From a virus (Duplodnaviria > Caudoviricetes): DNA of 62,089 nt. A program made the position numbers and the translations under genes. The stretch is from positions 1 through 62,089 of the IMG/VR virus record IMGVR_UViG_3300035307_000014; one strand, 5' to 3'. Under the pieces are notes generated by a model. The model was not told the DNA's origin, did not search any database, and was given only the letters and a program-made list of their open reading frames with translations. Shown here in pieces: positions 39,989 through 48,642 of the stretch (position 1 is its first letter; each line of letters begins with the position of its first letter).

Positions 39989-40339
39989 ATGAGAAAACAA
40001 ATACCTGCCGGGCCTGACGACGAAACTTGTTTTCGTGATGGCCGCCCATGCTCAGAGACTTGCTACGCCAATGGGCGAAAATGTGTGCTGTGGTCTCAGT
40101 TCAAGGGCAGAGACGCCACAGGGCAAGAGATCGATGGCTGGTACTGTTCGCAGGCGCTACTTCCGCAGCTCATGCTCGAAGTCGCGCAACAGACGCGCCA
40201 GGGAGCCGCTGATATTGTCGCGCGGGTGAAGGAGAGCACGGAGGCCACGGAGAATTTTCACGGAGCGATGGCGCAGCCTAGGATCGAAGTGCAGTCTCTG
40301 CCTGATCTGGCGAAAATGCTGCAAATCTCAGCGAGCTGA
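39989..40339 (+). CDS. Cys-rich protein after the tail fibre (possible fibre chaperone)
   Basis: C..C...C..C.W..G.D..G..ID.W.C pattern. Confidence 0.6.
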   Translation: MRKQIPAGPDDETCFRDGRPCSETCYANGRKCVLWSQFKGRDATGQEIDGWYCSQALLPQLMLEVAQQTRQGAADIVARVKESTEATENFHGAMAQPRIEVQSLPDLAKMLQISAS

Positions 40340-40504
40340 GCGCTCGTCGATCCGTGCGAGCAGCTTCCAGCGCAGCGCGTTCGCCTCGGCGTTCTGTGTG
40401 TTGCGGGACAGAGCGTTCGCGGCCAGCAAAAGCTCCCGTTCGCTGAGAAAAACCATGAACGTTCTGGAAGTAACGCGATGAATTAGCTTAACAAATATGC
40501 TCAT
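40328..40504 (-). CDS. hypothetical 58-aa protein
   Basis: ATG with AGGA RBS; read by hand, below the ORF-track cut-off. Confidence 0.4.
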   Translation of the reverse strand: MSIFVKLIHRVTSRTFMVFLSERELLLAANALSRNTQNAEANALRWKLLARIDERSAR

Positions 40505-40681
40505 TTTCCTACCGAAATCTTGGGGGTCAATGAGGCATTATGCGCCGTTAGCGGAAGAAAAGCAAAGGGCCCGGCGATGAACCGGGCCTCCGCGCTTAAT
40601 GACCGTTAATGGGTTCTGGTGTAGGATCGTTCATAGCCTCAGGCATAAAAATATCCTCGTGGTTGATGGTCAGACCCGGCT

Positions 40682-40948
40682 TTGGTGCTGATACGCCTCG
40701 CCGGGTCGCTGCATTTGTTGCGCATTGATAGACGATTACCAGCGCGCGCTGCCCTGGGATGGGGCGTAAGAGAGCTGGCGCAGGCAGCCCAAGTCGGCAC
40801 CATGACTGTTGTTCGATTTGAGAACGAGAAGGGCGGGTCAATATGCTCAACCATAAAGGCGATGAAACGAGCATATGAGGATCATGGCGTTTCCTTTTCC
40901 GAAGACGGAAGCGTCCGGCCTCCAACGCCAAATAAGAAATCGAACTGA
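40682..40948 (+). pseudogene. XRE-family HTH regulator with a probably damaged 5' end
   Basis: ARAALGWGVRELAQAAQVGTMTVVRFE..G.SF; no good start codon; ITSA in another frame suggests a small deletion. Confidence 0.6.
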
Positions 40949-40955
40949 GCAAAAT

Positions 40956-40988
40956 AAAAGCCGCCCAATCCTGAGCGGCTTTTTTGTT
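40956..40988. terminator. bidirectional intrinsic terminator
   Basis: AAAAGCCGC/GCGGCTTTTTT between convergent genes. Confidence 0.75.
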
Positions 40989-41005
40989 GTCCACTTCCCC
41001 GGCGA

Positions 41006-41467
41006 TCAGGCTTTCTTGCCCTTCTTGATCACGGCGTCGCTTCCTGTTCCGGCGCGGCGCTGACCAAGGCCCATGACTTTGGCGAGCTGTGATCTTGCGG
41101 CGGCATATACTGGGGCAACCATGGGATATTCTGCGGGAAGGCCCCATTTCTGCCTGTATTCATCAGGAGATATGTTGTAATGCGTGCGCAAATGCCTTTT
41201 GAGAGACTTGAACTTCTTGCCATCTTCTAGACAGACGATGTAATCCGGCGTCACTGACTTCTTGATAGCGACGGCGGGAACCAGTTCCACCTTCGGCTCA
41301 ACAGCGCCATTGACAGCCGCCGCGATCAATGACGCATGCACGGACGCGATGAACTCCGGCAGCTTTTCCGCGACGATGGTGTTATGGGAAACGTAGGCAG
41401 AAACGATCTGCGCCGTTAACGCTGACAAACCGCCTTCAACTTCCAAATCTTCGATAATATCGCTCAC
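41006..41467 (-). CDS. mucR: MucR/Ros family regulator
   Basis: LTAQIVSAYVS; PAV.IKKSV..DYIVCLEDGKKFKSLKRHL..Y..KWGLP..YPMVAP.Y. Confidence 0.95.
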   Translation of the reverse strand: MSDIIEDLEVEGGLSALTAQIVSAYVSHNTIVAEKLPEFIASVHASLIAAAVNGAVEPKVELVPAVAIKKSVTPDYIVCLEDGKKFKSLKRHLRTHYNISPDEYRQKWGLPAEYPMVAPVYAAARSQLAKVMGLGQRRAGTGSDAVIKKGKKA

Positions 41468-41508
41468 TTTGAGCCCCCTTAATCTGTTGTGTTTCGTGGT
41501 TGTTACGC

Positions 41509-41537
41509 ACAGTATTCAGGGGGTTTTTCTTTGTCAA
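41509..41537 (-). promoter_or_regulatory. sigma70-like promoter for mucR
   Basis: TTGACA-17 nt-TACTGT on the minus strand. Confidence 0.55.
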
Positions 41538-41567
41538 CAGAAAACCTCCTTCACGCGGCAGGAAAAC

Positions 41568-42095
41568 ATGAAAACTTCTCAATCCGGTATTGATTTCATC
41601 AAGATCGTCGAAGAAGGAGACCTTGCGCATCTCGATAAAGTTCCACCTCCCAAGCTGCATGCTTATAACGACGGCGTGGGCGTCTGGACTATCGCGTGGG
41701 GGTGCACGGAAGGTGTCCGCAAAGGCATGGTAATTACTGCGGCGCAGGCTCAGTTAATGATTGAGGCTGAACTACGTAAGTTTGAGATTGCTGTAGGAAA
41801 ACTTGTTAAGGTTCCGCTTAATCAAGGGCAGTTCGACGTGCTTGTGAGCTTTTCCTACAACGTTGGCGTCGGCGCGCTGGGGGGCTCGACGCTGCTCAAG
41901 AAGCTCAACGCTGGCGACTATGCGGCGGTCCCATCCGAGTTGCTGAAATGGGATCACGGCGGCGGCAAGGTCATGCCTGGCTTGACGGCGCGGCGCCGGG
42001 TGGAGGGCGAGCGCTGGCGAACGGCGACGGCCCATCATGTCCTGGCCGAAACTCCAGTTCCCGCCCAGCCTATCGCGGTTCCCGCTGAGCCTTAA
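41568..42095 (+). CDS. endolysin (GH24 lysozyme)
   Basis: AYNDGVGVWTI, NQGQFD.LVSFSYNVG, PGLTARR..E motifs. Confidence 0.92.
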   Translation: MKTSQSGIDFIKIVEEGDLAHLDKVPPPKLHAYNDGVGVWTIAWGCTEGVRKGMVITAAQAQLMIEAELRKFEIAVGKLVKVPLNQGQFDVLVSFSYNVGVGALGGSTLLKKLNAGDYAAVPSELLKWDHGGGKVMPGLTARRRVEGERWRTATAHHVLAETPVPAQPIAVPAEP

Positions 42096-42158
42096 AAACA
42101 GTCGATGATTTTATAGACATTCATTGACAAACATGTGCATGCATGCCAATGTCTGCGC

Positions 42159-42731
42159 ATGAAACTTTCTGTTTGGGCCGAAAGGCAAGGCATTTCCTAC
42201 AAGACTGCGTGGCGCTGGTTTAAAGCCGGGACGCTTCCTGTGCGCGCAGAGCAAATGCCATCTGGAACCGTGATTATTTACGAAGATGAAGCGCCATCCG
42301 CTGCGGTTGCGCTGTACGCTCGCGTCTCCAGCCATGAACAGAAAGATCAACTTGCGGCTCAGCTTGGTAGATTGTCGGAATACGCCAGCAAAGAAAAGCT
42401 TGTCGTCATTCGGTCCATAAGCGAAATCGGCTCAGGACTAAACGGACACCGTCCCAAGCTTATGAAGCTTTTGCGTGATCCTGCGATCTCGGCGATTGTC
42501 GTTGAGCATCGCGACCGGCTTATGCGATTTGGCTCCGAATACGTCGATAGCGCGCTTGCCGCGCAGGGGCGCCGCATCATCGTCGTCAACGTGGACGAGA
42601 TGAAAGACGATCTCGTCCGCGACATGATCGAAGTGCTCACATCCTTCTGCGCTCGCCTCTACGGACGCCGGTCATCGAGAAATCGCGCCAAGAAGGCTGT
42701 TGAAGCCATCGAGAGTGCATCCGATGACTGA
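42159..42731 (+). CDS. tnpA: IS607 serine transposase
   Basis: N-terminal HTH GISYKTAWRW; YARVSS; EHRDRL.RFG; ARLYG.R. Confidence 0.93.
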   Translation: MKLSVWAERQGISYKTAWRWFKAGTLPVRAEQMPSGTVIIYEDEAPSAAVALYARVSSHEQKDQLAAQLGRLSEYASKEKLVVIRSISEIGSGLNGHRPKLMKLLRDPAISAIVVEHRDRLMRFGSEYVDSALAAQGRRIIVVNVDEMKDDLVRDMIEVLTSFCARLYGRRSSRNRAKKAVEAIESASDD

Positions 42732-44331
42732 AACATCGATTTTCACCTACAAGGCCCGCGTCCACGTAACGCCCGAACAGGATGCGCTGCTCTCGGCGTG
42801 GGCGGAATTGCATGGCCGTGCCGAACGGCGCTTCGCGAGCGCGTTTCTGCGCGGAGAAAAGCTTTCATCAGCGCACTGCCTGTTCAAGTCGATCCGCGAC
42901 GAGATGGGCCTTTCTGACCGCAACGCTGGCGCGGCGCTCGTTTCCGCTGACGGCAAGGTCCAGGCTGCGAAGGAGGCCCGCAAGCGTCACGTCTCCGATC
43001 TGCAAGGCAAAATCTCGCGCGCCGAAAAGGTTTTGGCTAAGCCACGGAAACAGCGGCCGATGAAACCGGACGTGATCCACCAGAAGCGCCGCCGTCTAGC
43101 CACGCTGCGCGCCCGGCTCTCTGCGATCCAGACGGAGATGCGCCCCAAGTTGGTTTTCGGCTCCCGCAAACTGCTTCACGCGCAATTCGATCTCGCGGCC
43201 AACGGGTTCGCCAATCATGCGGAGTGGCGGAAAGCGTGGCTGGCGGCCCGCTCCGGCGAAATTATGATCACCGGCCGGAACTCCGAGGCTTCCGGAAACC
43301 TGACATGCCGCGCCAGCTTCGACGGCGACGCCTTCGCGCTGACGCTGCGCGTCCCCTATGCGCTCGAAGCCCAGTTCGGCAAGCACCTGCGGCTCGACGG
43401 CGTCAACTTCCACCACGGCGCAGACGCCATCCTTGCGGCGATCTCGGCGCCGGAGACGCCCTCGACCAAGAGCCAGAAGGCGACCGCGCCCGTCACTTGG
43501 TGCTTTGTCCGCCCTGACGATGGCAAAGGTTGGCTGGTCTACGTCTCGACGCACGTCAAGGCGGCGCCGGTTGTCACGCGTCGCGAGATGGGCGCCATCG
43601 GCGCAGACTTCAACGCGGACCACATCGCCGTTTCGGAGATTGACCGCCACGGCAATCCGCTCCCGACTCGATGCAAGCGAATTGACCTCGTCACGCGCGG
43701 CAAGACGGCGAACCAACGCAGGGAGCTTGTCCGCGTCGCAGCAAAGGAGATTGCGGAGCACGCCCGCGTCGTCGGCAAGCCGGTCGTCATCGAAAAACTA
43801 GATTTCGCCGAGAAGAAACGCGCTCTTGAGGCGGTTGACACGCGCCGGGCTCGCATGCTTTCCGCGCTGACCTACTCGGCATTTGCCCAAGCACTGCGCG
43901 CGGCCTGCTTTCGCGCTGGCGTCGAAGTCATCGAAGTCAACCCCGCGTGGACCAGCGTCATCGGCGCTGTGAATTACGCAACAAAAACAGGTTTATCCGT
44001 CCACCTTGCGGCTGCTGTGGCAATCGCAAGACGTGGACTGTCTTATCGTGAGACTGCAGTTGGCCGCTCGGCGAAAACGCCGAACGGTCGCGGCGGCCAT
44101 GTCACCTTCGCGCTACCGGATCGGAATCGTGCGAAGCATGTATGGTCGCATTGGGCCGCAATTTCACGAGCAAGGCAGGCGGCGATTAAATCGCATTTCC
44201 TGTCGCTTCGAAAGAGGCGAACAGCGGACAAGTCCTTGGATGAAGACCGCAAGTTCTTACAGGAATTCATGGCTGCGACGCCATGCGCTAATCGTGCTCA
44301 AAGCGGTTCGGAGCGCGTCCATGCCCAATGA
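42724..44331 (+). CDS. tnpB: TnpB-family RNA-guided nuclease-like protein
   Basis: RuvC-I GADFNADH; RuvC-II VIEKLDF; VNPAWTS; no zinc finger. Confidence 0.85.
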   Translation: MTETSIFTYKARVHVTPEQDALLSAWAELHGRAERRFASAFLRGEKLSSAHCLFKSIRDEMGLSDRNAGAALVSADGKVQAAKEARKRHVSDLQGKISRAEKVLAKPRKQRPMKPDVIHQKRRRLATLRARLSAIQTEMRPKLVFGSRKLLHAQFDLAANGFANHAEWRKAWLAARSGEIMITGRNSEASGNLTCRASFDGDAFALTLRVPYALEAQFGKHLRLDGVNFHHGADAILAAISAPETPSTKSQKATAPVTWCFVRPDDGKGWLVYVSTHVKAAPVVTRREMGAIGADFNADHIAVSEIDRHGNPLPTRCKRIDLVTRGKTANQRRELVRVAAKEIAEHARVVGKPVVIEKLDFAEKKRALEAVDTRRARMLSALTYSAFAQALRAACFRAGVEVIEVNPAWTSVIGAVNYATKTGLSVHLAAAVAIARRGLSYRETAVGRSAKTPNGRGGHVTFALPDRNRAKHVWSHWAAISRARQAAIKSHFLSLRKRRTADKSLDEDRKFLQEFMAATPCANRAQSGSERVHAQ

Positions 44332-44358
44332 GATATTTGGCTATGGTTTTAGGAACCC
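44225..44358 (+). ncRNA. putative omega-RNA scaffold at the IS607 right end
   Basis: Stem-loops similar to the equivalent region of the second element; position matches known TnpB biology; boundaries approximate. Confidence 0.5.
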
Positions 44359-44433
44359 TGACTAAAGCGGCTGCGCCCAGGCTTCGGGGCCGAGGCACAG
44401 CCTACCACCAACCAGCACGGAGATGCTGATCAG

Positions 44434-44895
44434 ATGGCAGTTCGAGATATATCGTGTACGACTGAAAAAGTCACTGAAGAAAAAGTGAATGCATTTCCTG
44501 TGAATAGGACGTTGTCCTTAGCGTCAGCGTCAGCATTTGGAATGTTTGTTCTTGGTTGCATATGGTGGTTTGTTCGAACCGACTATGTGAACGAGGGGCT
44601 GATGCCCGCTAAAGCGTATCAGCTCAATGATGTAAAGGACGGCGTGGCGAAACTTGACGACAGGCTCAAGGGGTTTTCGGCGCTGACGGATCGACGATTG
44701 GAAAACCTGCAAAAGGACGTTCAGTCTCACGGCGAGCAGTTGTCGGCTGTGCGCGCCGCCCAGGAGCGGACGAACTCGACGCTGGACGCCCTGACGTCGG
44801 CGATGTTGCGGACGGCTCCTACCACCACGCCGATGCCGAACCATCGGACACAACCACACGTAGAGCCAACACGGGCGGCTGACAAAAGCCGCTAA
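44434..44895 (+). CDS. single-TM coiled-coil protein, possibly lysis-related
   Basis: One hydrophobic helix followed by a coiled coil; adjacent to the endolysin once the IS is removed. Confidence 0.55.
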   Translation: MAVRDISCTTEKVTEEKVNAFPVNRTLSLASASAFGMFVLGCIWWFVRTDYVNEGLMPAKAYQLNDVKDGVAKLDDRLKGFSALTDRRLENLQKDVQSHGEQLSAVRAAQERTNSTLDALTSAMLRTAPTTTPMPNHRTQPHVEPTRAADKSR

Positions 44896-44956
44896 CACAA
44901 CACTCGGAATTGGCCACGGGCCGCGACAATCCGCGCCTCAGATGTCGCCAAGGAAA

Positions 44957-44992
44957 CTGGAAGCTCCGGGCTTTAGCCCGGAGAGTGGTCAC
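44957..44992 (+). mobile_element. short remnant resembling an IS200/IS605-family right end
   Basis: GAAGCTCCGGGCTTTAGCCCGGAGAGTGGTCAC hairpin ending in TCAC. Confidence 0.55.
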
Positions 44993-45528
44993 TGAGCCTG
45001 CGTTAAGTTTGTCAGCCTCACAAATTCCCCAAACGGCGTCGCCTCCCGGCGCGGTGATCTCGGCATCCACGGAACGCCAGCGGCGATCTTTGCCAGCCTT
45101 TCGTGGTCGGCAGGATCGTCTTCCGACCAGCGCTCTCCAGCCTCAACCGAAATGGATACGGGACCAACCGCGTCGCGGAGTTCGGCGGCAATGCTCGATA
45201 TCGGCCGGACGCCAAGGATATCTGCCCCGGCGCCGTCTTCAGGGAGATAGACGACGGCATGGGCGATCCTTCCCAAGATGGTGTCGCCGCGACGCCTGAA
45301 GATCGCCATGGGTGAGGCGGTCTCCAGCGCCACAGCGTTCGCCAAGTCGTAGCATCCGCCAACCGCGAAGTTTCTGATTAGGCCATAAAGCCAAGCTTCC
45401 TGATCGACGCCGGACGACGCCCAATAGTCGCGGTTATCGAACATTGACCATTCTACGAGCTGGGATAGGCCGACACGCTCAAGCGTTAGCCAGCGGGAAA
45501 CTTCGTCTGTAGCGGGGGCGATGGTCAT
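44989..45528 (-). CDS. hypothetical protein
   Basis: ATG overlaps the upstream stop; GGCYDLA..HAV motif. Confidence 0.55.
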   Translation of the reverse strand: MTIAPATDEVSRWLTLERVGLSQLVEWSMFDNRDYWASSGVDQEAWLYGLIRNFAVGGCYDLANAVALETASPMAIFRRRGDTILGRIAHAVVYLPEDGAGADILGVRPISSIAAELRDAVGPVSISVEAGERWSEDDPADHERLAKIAAGVPWMPRSPRREATPFGEFVRLTNLTQAQ

Positions 45529-45722
45529 GACGTCACCGCCTTCGCAGTCGCCTTCCTGTCCCGCACCTTCCCCGTCCCACCACACGCACCACACGAGGGC
45601 GAGCCGCCAGCGTCGTAATAACCGCTCCCGCTGCAAGCTGTGCAGGTGACCATTTTTACGCCGTGCTCTCGGTCGTAGCGCTCTTTCCGGGCGGCTTTGC
45701 GGTCTTGATAGGTTTCGGTCAT
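45525..45722 (-). CDS. small DnaJ-type zinc finger protein
   Basis: CTACSGSG and CGACGGTG. Confidence 0.65.
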   Translation of the reverse strand: MTETYQDRKAARKERYDREHGVKMVTCTACSGSGYYDAGGSPSCGACGGTGKVRDRKATAKAVTS

Positions 45723-45961
45723 GCCAGCCCCCTAAGCTTCGCCACAGGCACATCAATCAGCCTCGCGAAAGCCTTCAGCGCTTCGGAGCATCGACGGCCG
45801 CCCCACATGTCATCAGGCGGACACGACGCAAGGAATACGGCGACGGTGGTCAGGTCTTCGATGCGTTCGTGGGCAAGATCCTCGACGGAGCGGGTGTGCA
45901 GCGGTGGTTCGCCGTTGCGGCCGATGTAGCGGTCTGCCGTGCGTGTTGTTGTCTTGCTCAT
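45719..45961 (-). CDS. hypothetical protein
   Basis: ATGA coupling at both ends. Confidence 0.55.
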   Translation of the reverse strand: MSKTTTRTADRYIGRNGEPPLHTRSVEDLAHERIEDLTTVAVFLASCPPDDMWGGRRCSEALKAFARLIDVPVAKLRGLA

Positions 45962-46227
45962 GCCGTCACCTCCCAGACGACGCCAAACGTGGATGGTTCT
46001 CTCTTCTCTTCCCTGAACCTGCGCCCGGCGCCTATCTTGATGTATCCTCCGCGATCTTTACCAGCCCATCCTTCGCGGGTCGCAATGCTTAGAGCCAGAT
46101 AGACCGCGCTGTCTTCAAGATCAAGACTATGCTCATGGTTCAACTCCGCAGTGATTATGGTGCCGCGCTTGTGTTCCGTTGGGCTGAGGACGGAGGGAAG
46201 CAAATCAATGATGTCTTGGATGTTCAT
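45958..46227 (-). CDS. hypothetical protein
   Basis: ATGA coupling with neighbours. Confidence 0.5.
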   Translation of the reverse strand: MNIQDIIDLLPSVLSPTEHKRGTIITAELNHEHSLDLEDSAVYLALSIATREGWAGKDRGGYIKIGAGRRFREEKREPSTFGVVWEVTA

Positions 46228-46637
46228 GCCGTCACCACGGCCGCAGCCGCGTCCTTCTCGATTTCCCGAAGCTTCGCCCGTATCAGGTTGGCGGCGGCTA
46301 TGGCGCGGGTCTTGCCGCTTTCTCCGCCGTGCATTCCCGCGTTGAAGGCTGCCAGCCAGTATCCACCAGAACACTTCTCTACCCAAATGGCTCCCTCCCC
46401 AATATCTTTCCTGAGAATACCTCCGAGAGACTTGGCGTATTTGGGGAACTCTTCGGAATAAATCTGTCCCCAGCCGCGCCGCATACTGCTCTCTGTGTTG
46501 GCGAACCACGTCGATGCGCTGGAGCGGTCCTCGCGGTCGGCTTTGACTTTTCGTTTCGTTTGGTCCATTCTGTCCTCGCACACAATCTGATTTGGAACGG
46601 TCGGGGAGCAATCCTCGGCCTTTTCTGCGTTTAGCAC
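46224..46637 (-). CDS. hypothetical protein
   Basis: Part of the coupled minus-strand operon. Confidence 0.5.
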   Translation of the reverse strand: MLNAEKAEDCSPTVPNQIVCEDRMDQTKRKVKADREDRSSASTWFANTESSMRRGWGQIYSEEFPKYAKSLGGILRKDIGEGAIWVEKCSGGYWLAAFNAGMHGGESGKTRAIAAANLIRAKLREIEKDAAAAVVTA

Positions 46638-46654
46638 GTTGTTTTCTCTGAGTT

Positions 46655-46924
46655 TTACGGATTTTCCTTGGCTTGGCCGGGTTGTTCCGTAAAATCCTTA
46701 GTTAACAGCGGCTTGTCGTTTTGTGCCATGTCCGCGACCACCTTCGCCGCCTCAGCCAATCCCATCGGGCGAGAGCCGTGCGCTAGCTTCAGCAAGACCT
46801 GCGCAGCTTCCCCAAGCGCCATCTGGCGGGATATCTTGATCGCCGTCGCCGTGATGGCCTCCTGCTCTCTGATGGCTGCTTCCAGCTCGGCTATACGCTT
46901 GACGTGGTTCTCGTTCTGGTCCAT
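46655..46924 (-). CDS. hypothetical protein
   Basis: GAGGA RBS. Confidence 0.55.
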   Translation of the reverse strand: MDQNENHVKRIAELEAAIREQEAITATAIKISRQMALGEAAQVLLKLAHGSRPMGLAEAAKVVADMAQNDKPLLTKDFTEQPGQAKENP

Positions 46925-46981
46925 GGTTAGTCCTCTGCGGTTTTTGTGGTGGAAATTGGCGACTGGAATGCGATCCGGGCG

Positions 46982-47308
46982 CTATTTTTTTAGGCCGGAT
47001 CGTCTTTTCTGTAAATCTCGGATGAAGTCACAAGCAATCTCCGCCGTGGTCGCTTCCATTTCCTCTACTAGACGCCTCTTCTGTTCATCTGGATCAATGG
47101 TCCTGGGAGCATCTACCGGCGCAACCTTCTTGGGCGCGAAGAATTGGCCATCGTCGTCGTTATCCTTAGCCATAGGCATGGAAACGCGTCGTTTGGTGAG
47201 TGCGAAACCAGATTGAGCCAAGCTAAAAATAACCTCTCTGGCGGCTCCGTTTGCGTCGTCGCAATGGCCGCGTAGTACTTTGGCGATTATGTCTTTGGGC
47301 GTGGTCAC
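46982..47308 (-). CDS. hypothetical protein
   Basis: AAGGA RBS; coupled to the upstream gene. Confidence 0.55.
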   Translation of the reverse strand: MTTPKDIIAKVLRGHCDDANGAAREVIFSLAQSGFALTKRRVSMPMAKDNDDDGQFFAPKKVAPVDAPRTIDPDEQKRRLVEEMEATTAEIACDFIRDLQKRRSGLKK

Positions 47309-47748
47309 TATTTCGTCCTTTCATGTCGTTCTATCCACATCTGAGCTTCGATAAGCCGCTCCCGCGCCGCGTCAATGCTTTCTGAGCCTCCGATAACATC
47401 CACGCAATCAATGATCATTTCGATTGCGCCGATGACTTCCGCCGCAGTAAGCAGCGGGCCGGTGGGAAGAACGACTGATTCAGTATCGGTAATGATCTGC
47501 GCATCTATATCAGCAAAAGCGCTGGAAATACTCTCGGACTGCTGAGGGCTTGGAAGCTTAAGCCCCCTACTGAGAAGCGAAATTTGAGATTGAATGATAC
47601 CTGTTTTCTCTGATAATGCTTTCTGTGTCAGATTATGCTCAAACATTTGTTTGGTAAGCCACGTTCCGAAGCCGCGCCCTTTGGGCATGGCTCCATTTTT
47701 GTGTGTATTGGTCATTTGATTGCTTGCTGTCCTTCCTATTAATTCCAA
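47308..47748 (-). CDS. XRE-family HTH protein (start may be later)
   Basis: LTQKALSEKTGIIQSQISLLSRG..PS. Confidence 0.7.
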   Translation of the reverse strand: MELIGRTASNQMTNTHKNGAMPKGRGFGTWLTKQMFEHNLTQKALSEKTGIIQSQISLLSRGLKLPSPQQSESISSAFADIDAQIITDTESVVLPTGPLLTAAEVIGAIEMIIDCVDVIGGSESIDAARERLIEAQMWIERHERTK

Positions 47749-47780
47749 GAATTCATGATATCACAATGAAATAAAATATT

Positions 47781-47999
47781 TCAACGAATATTTCTGATCT
47801 CTCCTTCGAACTTCTCCCACCGATATCCGTCCCGCTCCAATCTCGCCCACGCTTCCCTTACCTCGGTCTTGCGCATCCAGGATAGCGACACCGAACACTC
47901 GATGCAGCGCCAGGGGTTGTCGTCTGTCCTCAGCCAAACAGCCGTGGCGTCGGGCTCACCCTGGCGTGAGACGAGAAGAAGGACGGCAAGGTCCATCAC
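47781..47999 (-). CDS. hypothetical protein, paralog of 54140-54469
   Basis: Shared LAVLLL..PWRC..CS.SL.WM.KTEV..WEKFEG. Confidence 0.65.
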   Translation of the reverse strand: MMDLAVLLLVSRQGEPDATAVWLRTDDNPWRCIECSVSLSWMRKTEVREAWARLERDGYRWEKFEGEIRNIR

Positions 48000-48418
48000 A
48001 CCCCCTTGCGCAATAGCGATATCAACTCATCGTCTCGAAAATAGTGCTCGCACACATCGCCAACGGATGCCTGAAAGCTCGGCGAGTGCCTATTGTGGCA
48101 GTCTCCGGTCTGCTCCAGCCACTTGCCGTTGGCGTCGAGGCCACCGCCGTCGAAAAACTCACAGGTGGCGCATGTGGTGGGGATGGCTTCGGCGTTTGCC
48201 GTTGCTGCCTTGATCGCGTTGGCGGCAACCATCTCCAGTTCTGCTTGATTGTGGATGGCTGTTTCCAGGATCTCCGCTCCCATGCGGGCGTACTCATCCG
48301 GGTCTTCGCCGTTTTCCTTTAGCTCAGCCAACAGTTCATCGTCCGACATCGCCAGAATATCCTCAACGAGGGCGGCTTCGAGATTGTCGAGTTTTTGGCG
48401 TGGGGTGAGTTTTGTCAA
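47996..48418 (-). CDS. hypothetical protein with a C-terminal Cys cluster
   Basis: CATC..C..C; GGAG RBS. Confidence 0.55.
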   Translation of the reverse strand: MTKLTPRQKLDNLEAALVEDILAMSDDELLAELKENGEDPDEYARMGAEILETAIHNQAELEMVAANAIKAATANAEAIPTTCATCEFFDGGGLDANGKWLEQTGDCHNRHSPSFQASVGDVCEHYFRDDELISLLRKGV

Positions 48419-48614
48419 GTTCTGTAGCTCCTTGTTTCTGGATATGCTCTAGATCATCGGGGAAAATGTATTCAACATCATAGTCTTTTACCACGCGCCC
48501 GCAAGGACAGCACCATTCGGCGTACCAAAACAGAGTGTCTAATTCACCTTCGTCTTCGCCTTCAAAGTGGTGCTCACGTTGGTTGAGAACGGTTCCACAA
48601 CGAGGACATGTCAT
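48363..48614 (-). CDS. small zinc-ribbon protein
   Basis: CPRCG..CPCG. Confidence 0.5.
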   Translation of the reverse strand: MTCPRCGTVLNQREHHFEGEDEGELDTLFWYAEWCCPCGRVVKDYDVEYIFPDDLEHIQKQGATELDKTHPTPKTRQSRSRPR

Positions 48615-48642
48615 TACGCCCTGATCTTTCAGTGGTGTGCCC

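Larger units (their letters stand above)
42090..44358 (+). mobile_element. IS607-family element (tnpA + tnpB)
   Basis: Serine recombinase plus TnpB; right end GGTTTTAGGAAC; CC at both inferred junctions; ends approximate. Confidence 0.85.

Noticed and set aside
36968-40339. Diversity-generating retroelement or invertible fibre cassette
   Set aside because: No reverse transcriptase, TR/VR pair or adjacent invertase seen
42724-44331. Cas12 effector
   Set aside because: Paired with IS607 tnpA and no repeat-spacer array nearby
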